IMG/VR virus record: IMGVR_UViG_3300032104_000069
Span: 1 to 42,560 of that record
Source of the DNA: a virus
Lineage: Duplodnaviria > Caudoviricetes
DNA: 42,560 nt
Reading direction: 5' to 3' (one strand)
The position numbers and the translations under genes were made by a program. This document shows, in pieces, positions 18,246 through 27,864 of this stretch; position 1 is the first letter of the stretch; each line of letters starts with the position of its first letter. A model generated the notes under the pieces. That model was not told the origin of the DNA. It was given only the letters and a program-made list of their open reading frames with translations, and searched no databases.

Positions 18246-19454
18246 GTGGGTTTCAGACAGCAGTTGCGACCGGCATCCTATGGCGTAGTTCCGTTCTGGG
18301 TGGACCAGGATGCGCTTGGCGGCGGCAAGCGTGTCCAGATCCATGAATATGCCGAACGCGACGATTATTTTCCCGAGGAGCTTGGCAAAAAGGTTCGAAC
18401 CTTCCAGGTCACCGCGCACCTGATCGGTGACGATGTCTTCGAGCAGCGCGATCGATTGATCGATGAGCTCGAGCTAAAGGGTTCGAAGACTCTCGTTCTG
18501 CCGAGTCACGCGGGGATCCAGGCGCACTGTCTCGATATCAAAGTCCTTGATTCCATCACCGGCGAAGGCCGGATTTCCCGCCTCAGCTTGACGTTCGTCA
18601 AGGCTGGAAAAAACCAGTTCCCGGCCGCGACGGTCGACACCCGCCAGGTGGTGCTCGATCAGTCTGACACCGGGATCGTGGCCCTCTCGAAGCAATTCAC
18701 CGAACTTTTCAAGATGCCCATCCTTCAGCCGATGTTCGTTATCGACGCCGCTGCGTCACTCTCGAGTCTGATCGTGAAGGGCGTCGACGCCGCGATCCGG
18801 CGAGCGGATGCTGACAGCGACGAGAAGGATGACCAGCTCCGCGATAACCTGGCGCTCGATTCCGATCTGAGCACGCGCGTGAAGACACCTTCGACGCTGG
18901 CCTCGGATTTGACAGGCGTCTATCGGGCTTACGTCGGTTTGAAAGCCCCGGCCAGGTCCACGCTGGACGAGCTCCGCACCCTCGCGGTGATCCTAGATAC
19001 GGCGCCGGCGGTCCCCACCGGTACGGTAAATCGGACGCGGGAAGCCCAGAACCAGGCCGCGCTCCAGGCGCTCAATCGTAGGACGGCGGTCGTCGAGATG
19101 GCCCGGGTGGCCACCCGGATCACGCTCGTGAGCTCGGACGATGCGACTGCGTTGCGCGATCAGGTCGATGTTGACCTGGACGCGCAGATCCTGCTGGCCG
19201 GCGACGCCGGCGAGGACGATGTTTTCACCGAGCTCCAGGAGCTGCGCGCGAAGACCGTCCAGGACCTCGACGCCCGGGGCGCGCGACTCCCATCGCTTCG
19301 AACCTTCCGGGTTCCCGCGACGCTTCCGGCTCTGGTGATCGCGTCTCGGTTGTATGACGACCCGTCGCGCGACGCAGAGATCGTGGCGCGCAACAAGATC
19401 CGCAATCCCGGCTTTATTCGGGCTCAGAGCGATCTCGAGGTCCTCACCGAATGA
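18246..19454 (+). CDS. DNA circularization protein (Mu gpN-like)
   Basis: LRPASYGVVPF, GKR..HEY..RD and PALVIASRLYDD..R..EIVARNKI.NPGF motifs. Confidence 0.92.
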   Translation: MGFRQQLRPASYGVVPFWVDQDALGGGKRVQIHEYAERDDYFPEELGKKVRTFQVTAHLIGDDVFEQRDRLIDELELKGSKTLVLPSHAGIQAHCLDIKVLDSITGEGRISRLSLTFVKAGKNQFPAATVDTRQVVLDQSDTGIVALSKQFTELFKMPILQPMFVIDAAASLSSLIVKGVDAAIRRADADSDEKDDQLRDNLALDSDLSTRVKTPSTLASDLTGVYRAYVGLKAPARSTLDELRTLAVILDTAPAVPTGTVNRTREAQNQAALQALNRRTAVVEMARVATRITLVSSDDATALRDQVDVDLDAQILLAGDAGEDDVFTELQELRAKTVQDLDARGARLPSLRTFRVPATLPALVIASRLYDDPSRDAEIVARNKIRNPGFIRAQSDLEVLTE

Positions 19455-20482
19455 CCGGAGAGATCAGCCTCGAAACCGGTGGCGAGCGTTTCGGAGGCTG
19501 GATCCGCGTCTCGGTCTCACAATCGATCGAGGCTGCCGCGGGCTCGTTCTCGTTCACCGCTTCTGAGAAGTCTCCGGATGATCCGCTGGGCCGGCCGATC
19601 CGCATGGGCGACTTGGCCGTCGTCCGGATCGGAGACGTCGCACTCATTACGGGATACATCGACAAGATTGATCCCGGCTACGACGCCAACACGCACACGA
19701 TCCGCGTTAGTGGTCGATCGAAAACAGCCGACCTGGTGGACTGCTCCGCGACCCATGAGCCAGGATTGTGGCTGGAGCGAACGCTCGAGCAGATTGCGGC
19801 CGAGTTGACGAAGCCCTTCGGGATCAAGGTCCGCGCGGAGATCTCCACGGGACTGCCTTTTTCGACGTTCCAACTGGAGCCGGCGGAGACGGTTCACGGT
19901 GCGATCGTTCGCGCCGCGGGACACCGGGCGATCCTGGTGACCGACAACGGAGCTGGCGACCTCGTCTTGACGCGGGTCGGGCCCGCTCGGGCCGGCGTCG
20001 AGCTCCGCAAGGGCGATCGGATTCTGAGCGCACGAGGTTCGTTCTCGGATCGCGAACGGTTCAAAACCTACACGGTAATGGGCCAGCGCCGGAGCACCGA
20101 CTCCGACGGAGACGATCCGCAGACTCGGGTCTCTGCGGAGGCGAAGGATCTCGCGGTCAAGCGATTTCGTCCGCTTGACATCCTGGCCGAAGAGCCTGGA
20201 GGCGTTGGCAGCTACCGGGACCGAGCGAAGTGGGAAGCGTCCAACCGGAAGGGAAATGCCTTGCGGGCGATGCTGGTCGTGCAGGACTGGGCCCATCCCG
20301 GCGGACTCTGGCTCCCGAATCAACGGGTCAACGTCGACGATGCTTGGCTTGGGATCACCCGCGAAATGCTGATTGCAGGGGTCACCTGGATCCTCGACGA
20401 ATCGGGACGGCGGACCGAGCTCTCGATTGCGCCGCCCGAGGCGTTTGAGCTTCTCGCGACTTCCGAACTCCCGGCCGAGTGA
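19451..20482 (+). CDS. Baseplate hub protein (Mu gpP-like)
   Basis: GW..VSV..SIE, GRSKTADLVDCS and GLWLPNQRV motifs. Confidence 0.92.
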   Translation: MTGEISLETGGERFGGWIRVSVSQSIEAAAGSFSFTASEKSPDDPLGRPIRMGDLAVVRIGDVALITGYIDKIDPGYDANTHTIRVSGRSKTADLVDCSATHEPGLWLERTLEQIAAELTKPFGIKVRAEISTGLPFSTFQLEPAETVHGAIVRAAGHRAILVTDNGAGDLVLTRVGPARAGVELRKGDRILSARGSFSDRERFKTYTVMGQRRSTDSDGDDPQTRVSAEAKDLAVKRFRPLDILAEEPGGVGSYRDRAKWEASNRKGNALRAMLVVQDWAHPGGLWLPNQRVNVDDAWLGITREMLIAGVTWILDESGRRTELSIAPPEAFELLATSELPAE

Positions 20483-20492
20483 GGAAGGTTTT

Positions 20493-21089
20493 ATGGCTCT
20501 GACGCAGCGTGATCTCCGTCGGTGGCTCGATCCGATTCGGCGTAAGATCCGACTGATCGTCAATCGCGCGATCGTCACGGCCGTGCTCGATGATCAGGGC
20601 TTTCAGGTCCTTCAACTCAAGGGCCTCCCGCGTGAGGTTCTCGACAAGATCGAGCGGTTCCAGAACTACGGGTTTACCAGCGTTCCGTTGACCGGATCCG
20701 AAGCGATCGTCGCTTTCGTCGGCGGTTCCAGATCGCATGGCGTCGCGATCACCGTCGATGATCGCCGCCACCGGAAGAAGAATCTCCAGCCGGGCGAGTC
20801 GGCTCAATACTCCGATGAAGGCGATTTCATCCACCTGAAGCGCGGAAAGATTATCGAGGTTCACAGCGGCGGTGAAATCAATGTCAATGCTCCGAAGGTG
20901 AAGATCAGCGGTGCGACCGAGGTCACGGTCAATGGCGGCGTGATCAAACTCACGGCAACCGGTGGGGTCACTGTTGACGGCGGAACGGTGAAGGTGATCG
21001 GAACGACCACGATCGAAAACAGGCCATTCCTATTGCACACACACTCGGGCGTTGAGGCGGGCGCCGGCGTCTCGGGCCCGGTCTTATAG
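20493..21089 (+). CDS. Baseplate spike (Mu gp45/gpV-like)
   Basis: ERFQNYGFTSVP, GGSRSH, DDRR and C-terminal HTHSGV motifs. Confidence 0.93.
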   Translation: MALTQRDLRRWLDPIRRKIRLIVNRAIVTAVLDDQGFQVLQLKGLPREVLDKIERFQNYGFTSVPLTGSEAIVAFVGGSRSHGVAITVDDRRHRKKNLQPGESAQYSDEGDFIHLKRGKIIEVHSGGEINVNAPKVKISGATEVTVNGGVIKLTATGGVTVDGGTVKVIGTTTIENRPFLLHTHSGVEAGAGVSGPVL

Positions 21090-21196
21090 TGATCAAAATC
21101 TAGACCTAAAGAGCACGCGATACGTTCGCGAGCATTCCGCGCCTCGCTCGATGAGATTCGAGCTGCCTACATCCAAGACATTCGTGAGGTCGAAAG

Positions 21197-21667
21197 ATGG
21201 CGGACTTTCGCCTCGATTTCTCAGGCAGCCGCCTGAGCGGTGACATCAAGCGGGACGGATCTCGTTTTGCCGAAGACGGCGGCCTCGAAACAGAAGTTCT
21301 GCTGAGTCTCTTTACCGATCGACGTGCGAATCCGGACGACGAGCTTCCCGCCGGCGATGACGATCCTCGAGGCTATTGGGGCGACGCCTTCGCGACCGTA
21401 GAGGGCGATCGCTACGGCTCGAGACTCTGGCTGCTGCGGCGGTCGAAGCTGACGGACGAGACGTTGACCCGAGCCCGCGAGTACTCGATCGAGGCCCTCG
21501 AGCACTTCAAGGAGGATGGGGTGGCGAACGCGATTCGCGTAGAGACTGAAATTCGCGGAATCGAGCAGCTCGCGATCGGCATCGAGATGGACCGGGAGGA
21601 GGGCGGAACCCAGCGATTCGCCTTTGTCTGGGATCGCATTGGGGGCGTCGTTTCCAGTGGCGCTTAA
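21197..21667 (+). CDS. Mu gp46-like baseplate protein
   Basis: SLFTDRRA, RGYWGD and GSRLWLLRRSK motifs. Confidence 0.93.
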   Translation: MADFRLDFSGSRLSGDIKRDGSRFAEDGGLETEVLLSLFTDRRANPDDELPAGDDDPRGYWGDAFATVEGDRYGSRLWLLRRSKLTDETLTRAREYSIEALEHFKEDGVANAIRVETEIRGIEQLAIGIEMDREEGGTQRFAFVWDRIGGVVSSGA

Positions 21668-22709
21668 CCGTCCGACCGTCACCGAGCTGATCACGCGCAT
21701 CGGAGGAGACGTCGATTCTCGGCTAGCTGGGATCGATCCCCGCCTGCGTCGCTCCCTGATGGAGGTGGTCGTCCGAGCTCAGGCAGGGGTCACACACGGC
21801 CTGTACGGCGGACTCGTCGCGATCGCGCTCGACGCCCTGCCCGATACCGCCACGGGAGCGGCGTTGTTGCGCTGGGCGGCGATGTACGCGGTGACCGGTT
21901 TGACCGGCGTTTCCGCCACCGGCGCGGTGACTGCGACCGGAGACAACGGGACCACGATCCCGGCCGGGACACTCCTACAGCGTGGAAACGGAGTCGAGTT
22001 TCAGACCCTTGGCTCTGTCGATATTGCGGGCGGCACGGCGACGCTTTCGCTCCAGGCCTCGAAGGCTGGCGTGTCGGGCAACGCCGCCACGAGCTCGATC
22101 CTCACCTTCGTCTCGCCGATCGCTGGGGTCAACCTGACGGCGGCCGTCGATGCTCCAGGGCTGACCGGTGGCATAGACGCCGATAATGATGAGGACCTTC
22201 AGAAGACCCTCGTGACCCGGATCCAGAATCCGGAGCAGGGTGGCAACCTCACCGATTTCGAACGCTGGGTTTTTGAGATCGCCGGCGTGACCCGGCGGTG
22301 GGTCTTCCCGCCTTCGATCGGTTCCGCGTTGGTTGGGGTCGTCTTCGTCCGGGACGCCGAGTCTCCCATCACCCCGGATGCCGCCGAGATCCAGGCGGTG
22401 CAGGACCATCTCGACCTGAAGCGGCCGCTTGGCTCTCGTCCGGTCGTGTCCGCGCCGACGTTGGTTCCGCTCGCGCTCACGATGAGCCTGACCCCGAACA
22501 CCGCGGAAGTGCAGGCGGCCGTCGCCGCGGAATATGCGGATATGATCCTCCGCGACTCGGTCCCGGCCGGGACGATTCTGCTCTCTCACATCAATGAGGC
22601 GATCTCGATCGCTGCTGGAGAGACCGATCACGCACTGACGATCCCGGTGGCGGACGTGACTCACGCCGCGGGTGAACTCCCGGTGCCCGGGACGATCACG
22701 TTCCTGTGA
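21657..22709 (+). CDS. Baseplate J-like protein (Mu gp47)
   Basis: LPDTA, IPAGT, GG.D.D...RIQNPEQGGN..D..RW..GV.R.W motifs. Confidence 0.93.
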   Translation: MALNRPTVTELITRIGGDVDSRLAGIDPRLRRSLMEVVVRAQAGVTHGLYGGLVAIALDALPDTATGAALLRWAAMYAVTGLTGVSATGAVTATGDNGTTIPAGTLLQRGNGVEFQTLGSVDIAGGTATLSLQASKAGVSGNAATSSILTFVSPIAGVNLTAAVDAPGLTGGIDADNDEDLQKTLVTRIQNPEQGGNLTDFERWVFEIAGVTRRWVFPPSIGSALVGVVFVRDAESPITPDAAEIQAVQDHLDLKRPLGSRPVVSAPTLVPLALTMSLTPNTAEVQAAVAAEYADMILRDSVPAGTILLSHINEAISIAAGETDHALTIPVADVTHAAGELPVPGTITFL

Positions 22710-23287
22710 GGTCGGCCCAGGACTACCTCGAGCAGCTCCACGCGTTGTTGCCGAAGGGTGATGCAATCACCCAGGAACTCGATACCGATCTATCGAATCT
22801 GCTGCTGTCGCTTGCAGACGAGTTTGCGCGCTTCGATGCACGCGCTGAGCAGCTCCTCGAGGAGATCGACCCGAGAACCACCACCGAGCTGATTGCGGAA
22901 TGGGAACGCGTGACCGGTCTCCCGGACTGCGCCGCGATCGGCCCCACTTTGGGAGCCCGTCGAAGCGACGTCGTGCATCGCCTCACGATGATCGGAGTGC
23001 TGACGCCGCAGTTTCTGATTGACGAGCTTTTGGCGCTCGGTTTCACCGTGGCGATCACCGAGTTCGAATGTTTCGAGGTCGGCTTTTCCCAGGTCGGAGA
23101 AGAGCTGATCGACGAGGGCGGGTGGTTCTTTTTCGATGCCATCACCGATGAGCTCGCCGTGTTCGAGGCCGAGATCGGTGCGTTCACGGTCGGCGAGCCG
23201 CTGGGCGCAATCGTCAACGACACGATCGCCTGCCACCTCGACCGCCTCAAGCCCGCCCATGTGAACTACCGACTCACGCCGACCTAG
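22706..23287 (+). CDS. Baseplate wedge protein (Mu gp48/YmfQ, DUF2313)
   Basis: LLPKG, E.DPRTT.ELI.EWER..GLPD and KPAH motifs. Confidence 0.92.
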   Translation: MRSAQDYLEQLHALLPKGDAITQELDTDLSNLLLSLADEFARFDARAEQLLEEIDPRTTTELIAEWERVTGLPDCAAIGPTLGARRSDVVHRLTMIGVLTPQFLIDELLALGFTVAITEFECFEVGFSQVGEELIDEGGWFFFDAITDELAVFEAEIGAFTVGEPLGAIVNDTIACHLDRLKPAHVNYRLTPT

Positions 23288-23297
23288 AGGAAGCCTC

Positions 23298-24323
23298 ATG
23301 CAGCTTGACGACAAAACTGCGAATGCCGTTTCTGTGCGTCCGACCGCCGATGTAGCCGGCGCCTTACGCTGGTTTCGTGAGCGAGATCTCGGCGGCGGGA
23401 TCACCGGTACGACGATGGAACAGGACTTCCTCAATGACCAGTTGGGGAACAACATTGCCCTGCTCGCGGCCGCTGGGATCACCCGGACAAAAGGCGAGGC
23501 GGGCGACAGCGATTTGCTGGACTCGATCAAGGCGATCGTCGGGCTGAACACCCCGCAGGGAGCGCTCTCTGGTCATCTCGATCGCCAATCGCCTTCGGTT
23601 ATTCGTCTTCGGCCGGTCGACGGCGCACAAGTCCGGGTCGGCATCGATAACAAAGTGCTGTCGAAAACGGGCAATCTCGTCTGGGATATGACGGCCGATC
23701 TCGAAGGCGCCGAGGGACCCTCGATCGCGTTGTATCTGTACGTGAAAGATGCGGCCGGCGTTCTCGAAGAGCAGATTTCCCCAACTGCACCGGATCTGCC
23801 TGGCGGAACGAAGCCGGGTTACAAATCTGGCGACCCGACGCGCCGCTGCATTGGCTCTACCTGGAATAGCGCTGGCTCGGATCTCGTGCCCGCGATTTGG
23901 GGGCCCGGTGGCGAGGTGCGGTTCACCCGGCACGACGCCGACCATGCAATCGTATTGCTCACGGCCGCGCTAACGACGTGGCGAAATCAAACCGTCAAAG
24001 TGCCGATTACCGCGTCGTCTGTGTTTTGCAATTTCAGCGCCCGGACGCCGACAAATAACGGAATGGTGGTTTACGCCGCAGACGGTGCGACCGGAACGCT
24101 ACCGGCTGGTGCTGTCGATCCGACCGCGGCCGGATTTGAGGATACCCTGATCGCCACCGAGTCGACCGGCACGGGAGATCAAAAAGGCTACGGGATCAAT
24201 GCCGAAATCCCGATCATAACGCCGGCCACACCGGCCATCTCGTACGGCATAACTGCCAGCCTGATCGTGTCGTCGCACCACCTTCTAGTCACAGGATACC
24301 GTGACATTTTTGCTCCGAGATGA
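23298..24323 (+). CDS. Tail fibre protein
   Basis: Mu gp49-like anchor (GT....FLN......LL.AAGI.....D.LL.SIK) directly after gp48; RRCIGS motif in the distal part. Confidence 0.8.
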   Translation: MQLDDKTANAVSVRPTADVAGALRWFRERDLGGGITGTTMEQDFLNDQLGNNIALLAAAGITRTKGEAGDSDLLDSIKAIVGLNTPQGALSGHLDRQSPSVIRLRPVDGAQVRVGIDNKVLSKTGNLVWDMTADLEGAEGPSIALYLYVKDAAGVLEEQISPTAPDLPGGTKPGYKSGDPTRRCIGSTWNSAGSDLVPAIWGPGGEVRFTRHDADHAIVLLTAALTTWRNQTVKVPITASSVFCNFSARTPTNNGMVVYAADGATGTLPAGAVDPTAAGFEDTLIATESTGTGDQKGYGINAEIPIITPATPAISYGITASLIVSSHHLLVTGYRDIFAPR

Positions 24324-24326
24324 GTG

Positions 24327-24668
24327 ATGGCGCTCCTGCCGCTGCTCGGAGAAACCGACCCCATCACCTACACGCCAGCAAATGCGGCTGGGGATGAATT
24401 CGATAATGCCAACCGCGCCACCGAGCTCGAAATCTGGAATCGCGCGGGAATCTCTCTTCGAGTCGAGTTCATCGAGCAGCGCAATTGCACTTTTGGAGAA
24501 AAAGGTGTGCACAGTGCTCGAATCATCACGATGACGCCCGGAACCAAGACCCGCGTCCGCCACTTTGAAATCTGGCGATACAACAACAGGTCCAATCGAG
24601 TCGAGATGATCTATCCCGACGGAGCGACCGGCCTCGAATTGGCCGCACTCGACCGCCCCTGCCTGTAG
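24327..24668 (+). CDS. Small beta-rich virion-associated protein, paralog 1
   Basis: 113 aa; aligns without gaps to the next gene at about 65% identity (counted by hand). Confidence 0.7.
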   Translation: MALLPLLGETDPITYTPANAAGDEFDNANRATELEIWNRAGISLRVEFIEQRNCTFGEKGVHSARIITMTPGTKTRVRHFEIWRYNNRSNRVEMIYPDGATGLELAALDRPCL

Positions 24669-24692
24669 GACCATCTGCTTCCGAGGTAATTG

Positions 24693-25034
24693 ATGGCGAT
24701 CCTTCCGATCATCGGAGAAACCGATCCCATCACGTTCACATCCGCGACCGCGAGTGGAGATGAATTCGATAATGCCAAGGGCATTACCGGCCTCCAGATC
24801 TCGAATACTTCTGGAGTTGATCTTCGCGTTGAATTCGTCGAGCAGCGTGATTGCAGCTTCGGAGAGAAAGACATCCATGTGAACCGAATTGTGACAGTCG
24901 TTGCGGCCTCCAAGGTTCGCATCCCACGCTTTCAAATCTGGCGATACAACAACGCGTTCAATCGCGTCGAGATGATCTACCCGGACGGAGTTGCTGGGCT
25001 CGAGCTGACTGCACTCGACCGACCCTGCCTGTAG
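24693..25034 (+). CDS. Small beta-rich virion-associated protein, paralog 2
   Basis: Shares GETDPIT, GDEFDNA, WRYNN, NRVEMIYPDG and ALDRPCL with paralog 1. Confidence 0.7.
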   Translation: MAILPIIGETDPITFTSATASGDEFDNAKGITGLQISNTSGVDLRVEFVEQRDCSFGEKDIHVNRIVTVVAASKVRIPRFQIWRYNNAFNRVEMIYPDGVAGLELTALDRPCL

Positions 25035-25044
25035 GAACCACACG

Positions 25045-27081
25045 ATGAATCCAGTTCGATCGCTGGCCGCGCTCATCGCGGTCCTCGCACTCTCCATCGA
25101 TGCGAATGCACAGGTCTCTTCGGTAACAGGTGCAGTGGCCCCTCGGTTGTGCAAGGTGGCCCAGGTCATCGCCAAGACCTGCTCGCCTGAGCTCAACGGC
25201 TTGCGGATCGTGGTAGACGATGGCGCTGACGCTACCGAATGCGGCAACGCCAGCGACGTCGGCGGCGGCGCGTTTGAGAATTTTTGCGCTTGGAGCGTCT
25301 TGGCCTCGGCCTGGATTCCAGACGAGGATGCCGCGCATACCATCCAATCACATTCCGACACCACCGCCACCGGACCGCAGCTCGATACCTTGACGGATGG
25401 TGTATCGAGTGACGCCGACGCGCTGCACACCCATGACGGAAAAGCCAGCCTCGGCGCCAACTCGTTTACCGGCACGCAGGATTTCAATTTTGAGCTTATC
25501 GGTGGGACGTTCTGGTCAATTCAAACCGGTATGGCGAGGTTTACGGGCTTGTCGGCTGCCGCCTCTATGACCACGCCAACTCTTATAGGAGGGGTGCGTG
25601 CCGGAAACGACCTGTCGTTTCGCACGACCAATCACGCGAGCAAAGGCAATTACAACTTCGAGGAGGATGCCAGCGGAACTCTTCGCGGCTGTGATGCTGA
25701 TTCCGAACGATTGCAAATAGCCGTCGGCGGCAACCTGAGCTGCGAAATCCACGCGCCACCCTCGCATGCCATCGCCGGCCACAGCGACACCACCGCCACT
25801 GGCGCCGAGCTCGAGACCCTCACCGACCTGAGCAACGCGGACGGACTGCATGTCCACGCGAGCGCCGGCATTTCCGGCATTGTCGACGGCGACGTCGCCG
25901 GCGGCGCCGCGATCGCCTCGAGCAAACTGGCCAGCGACGTGCTGATCGAGGCCGACATTGGCGTCGGCCTGGTGCTCAACGGCAGCGCGATTGATACCAA
26001 AAGCGACGAGGCCGGATTCCTCGAGGACCTCGGCGCCGGCGATCTCACCTGCGGCGCTGGCAACGCTGGCAAGATGGGCATCAATGACGCCGACGCGCTG
26101 CAATATTGCGACGGCGAGGCTACACCAGTGCGCCGCGTTGCGGCCTACGGAAACGACGCCGGCGAGTCGCTCGCCGTCGCTCCCGGTAGCGTCGGGGTGG
26201 GCGACTTCGCGGCCGGTGCGATTGTCGACGCCGACGTCGGCTCTGGCGCGGCGATTGCCGGCAGCAAGCTGCAGGACGCGTCGACGACAAACGAGGGCTC
26301 GGTGCAACTCGCCACACAAACCGAGGTTAATCTCGGCACCGACGCGCTCAAGCCGGTGACGCCGGCGACGCTCGAGGGCTCCGAAATCAAACTCGAGAAG
26401 CTCGAGATTGGCAGCGAGCTCGACATTGGCACGACGACCGGATTTGTGTTTGGAGCAGCCGACACCACGCCCGACGTGACCGGCAGCATCTATTGGAAAA
26501 CGAACGGCGACGACACCATTTTCACCGACTTCGATGGCGCGGGCCTGGTCGAAGGCGACGTGATCTACATCGAGTCAGCGAGTGAGGCGGGCTACGACTG
26601 CAGCTCGTCATTCCTAGTCTGCGGCGTGATCGACATGATCACCTCTGCCGGCGACGTACTCCAATGGGTGTTCGACGGTACGAATTGGCACATGGTCGGC
26701 CGGAACCTGATGACGATCGAACATCACATGATCGTAATCGAACTCGTGGATGCTTCTGATGATCTTCTGATCGTAAAGGCAGAGGGTTTTAATACGGTTA
26801 GCGTGCTTCTCGATACGTTGGACTGTGTGGGGCGGGGCGGCAGCACGGCTAATCTGAGCGTTACCTATTCCACTTGCAACGCCCGAGGATCGAGTTGCAC
26901 CCAGGCGGACGCAACCACTCTGAACGTCACGGCTAACGATACGAACTTTGCCAAGTCCGATTGGGACACCGATGACGACTTGCTCTCTGGTCAGTGGTTG
27001 GAATTCACTGTCGTATTGGTGACAACTGCTCCCGACCGGCTCAACTGCGACGCCACTATTCGGAGGTTCTACCCGCTATGA
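25045..27081 (+). CDS. Cys-rich tail-fibre-like protein with a Sec-type signal peptide
   Basis: Signal-like MNPVRSLAALIAVLALSIDANA|Q. Fibre motifs: HSDTTATG..L.TLTD..ADxLHxH twice, IVD.DV..GAAIA.SKL twice, DASTTNEGSVQLATQTE..VTPATL. 14 Cys. Confidence 0.75.
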   Translation: MNPVRSLAALIAVLALSIDANAQVSSVTGAVAPRLCKVAQVIAKTCSPELNGLRIVVDDGADATECGNASDVGGGAFENFCAWSVLASAWIPDEDAAHTIQSHSDTTATGPQLDTLTDGVSSDADALHTHDGKASLGANSFTGTQDFNFELIGGTFWSIQTGMARFTGLSAAASMTTPTLIGGVRAGNDLSFRTTNHASKGNYNFEEDASGTLRGCDADSERLQIAVGGNLSCEIHAPPSHAIAGHSDTTATGAELETLTDLSNADGLHVHASAGISGIVDGDVAGGAAIASSKLASDVLIEADIGVGLVLNGSAIDTKSDEAGFLEDLGAGDLTCGAGNAGKMGINDADALQYCDGEATPVRRVAAYGNDAGESLAVAPGSVGVGDFAAGAIVDADVGSGAAIAGSKLQDASTTNEGSVQLATQTEVNLGTDALKPVTPATLEGSEIKLEKLEIGSELDIGTTTGFVFGAADTTPDVTGSIYWKTNGDDTIFTDFDGAGLVEGDVIYIESASEAGYDCSSSFLVCGVIDMITSAGDVLQWVFDGTNWHMVGRNLMTIEHHMIVIELVDASDDLLIVKAEGFNTVSVLLDTLDCVGRGGSTANLSVTYSTCNARGSSCTQADATTLNVTANDTNFAKSDWDTDDDLLSGQWLEFTVVLVTTAPDRLNCDATIRRFYPL

Positions 27082-27854
27082 GCGAGCGGGGGTCGACGCG
27101 AGCGCTTTACAGCTGGTTTTCGATACTTGCCGTTTGTGCGTGGTCGATGCTTGGAGTGATCCACATCCAAGATATGGCTGCCGGTCCATCGTTTCCCGTG
27201 CTGCGCGGGTGCTCGGTTTTCACCGGCAAGGGCGGCGACAACATCATGTCGCTGCCAACAGGCACGGTCGACGGTGACCTGCTCGTCGGAATGTGCGAGA
27301 CCGCAAACGAGGCCGTTACCACACCGACCGATTGGGTCGAGGTCAGCTGCTCGCCGCAATTCCAAGGGGCAACGTGTCCGAACGGCCCAGACTGCGTGCG
27401 GGTTACGATGTGGACAAACGAGTGGGCGACGGGCGAAAACCTCACCGTGACCGACGCCGGCAACCATCTAATCTGCGGTATCTGCTCATTTAATACGGGA
27501 ACGTTCGACACAGCAGACCATGAGGACGGTTGCACGGGCAGCGTACAGCCCACACCGTCGAATGTTATCGTCGATGGAACGACGACAACCAATAGCTTCG
27601 TACGCGTGCTATCGGTGTCGAGCGCTGCCGGTCCCGACACGAATAGCACGACGCAGTTTAGCAATGAGGTGAATGCGGGATTGACCGAGCTAACCGAACT
27701 CGTCGACCGGTGCCGAAATACTGGCAACGGCGGTTGCATCTTTGTGGCGGACGGGAAAAACGAAACGCCCGACGCTTTGCCCGATACCACGGCAGACCAG
27801 GTTACCGCCGGGAGCCACGCCAATATCATGATCGGAATAAATCCCTTTCCGTGA
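27078..27854 (+). CDS. Cys/Thr-rich beta protein with an N-terminal signal/TM segment (minor-tail/receptor-binding-like)
   Basis: GGAGG RBS and ATGA coupling. Hydrophobic YSWFSILAVCAWSMLGVI; PTGTVDGDLLV..TPTDW motif; 11 Cys. Confidence 0.7.
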   Translation: MSERGSTRALYSWFSILAVCAWSMLGVIHIQDMAAGPSFPVLRGCSVFTGKGGDNIMSLPTGTVDGDLLVGMCETANEAVTTPTDWVEVSCSPQFQGATCPNGPDCVRVTMWTNEWATGENLTVTDAGNHLICGICSFNTGTFDTADHEDGCTGSVQPTPSNVIVDGTTTTNSFVRVLSVSSAAGPDTNSTTQFSNEVNAGLTELTELVDRCRNTGNGGCIFVADGKNETPDALPDTTADQVTAGSHANIMIGINPFP

Positions 27855-27864
27855 GGTCGACGCC

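Noticed and set aside
14088-23287. Transposable Mu-like phage, tailocin or eCIS
   Set aside because: There is no MuA/MuB. A full head module, a cos-like site and a tyrosine integrase are present.
24327-25034. Diversity-generating retroelement TR/VR pair
   Set aside because: Differences are numerous and not confined to adenines, both copies are whole genes, and no reverse transcriptase is present in the window.
4648-26319. Long antisense ORFs (e.g. 4648-5778, 14529-15545, 19517-20578, 24285-25487)
   Set aside because: These are shadow frames of well-supported genes in GC-rich DNA.
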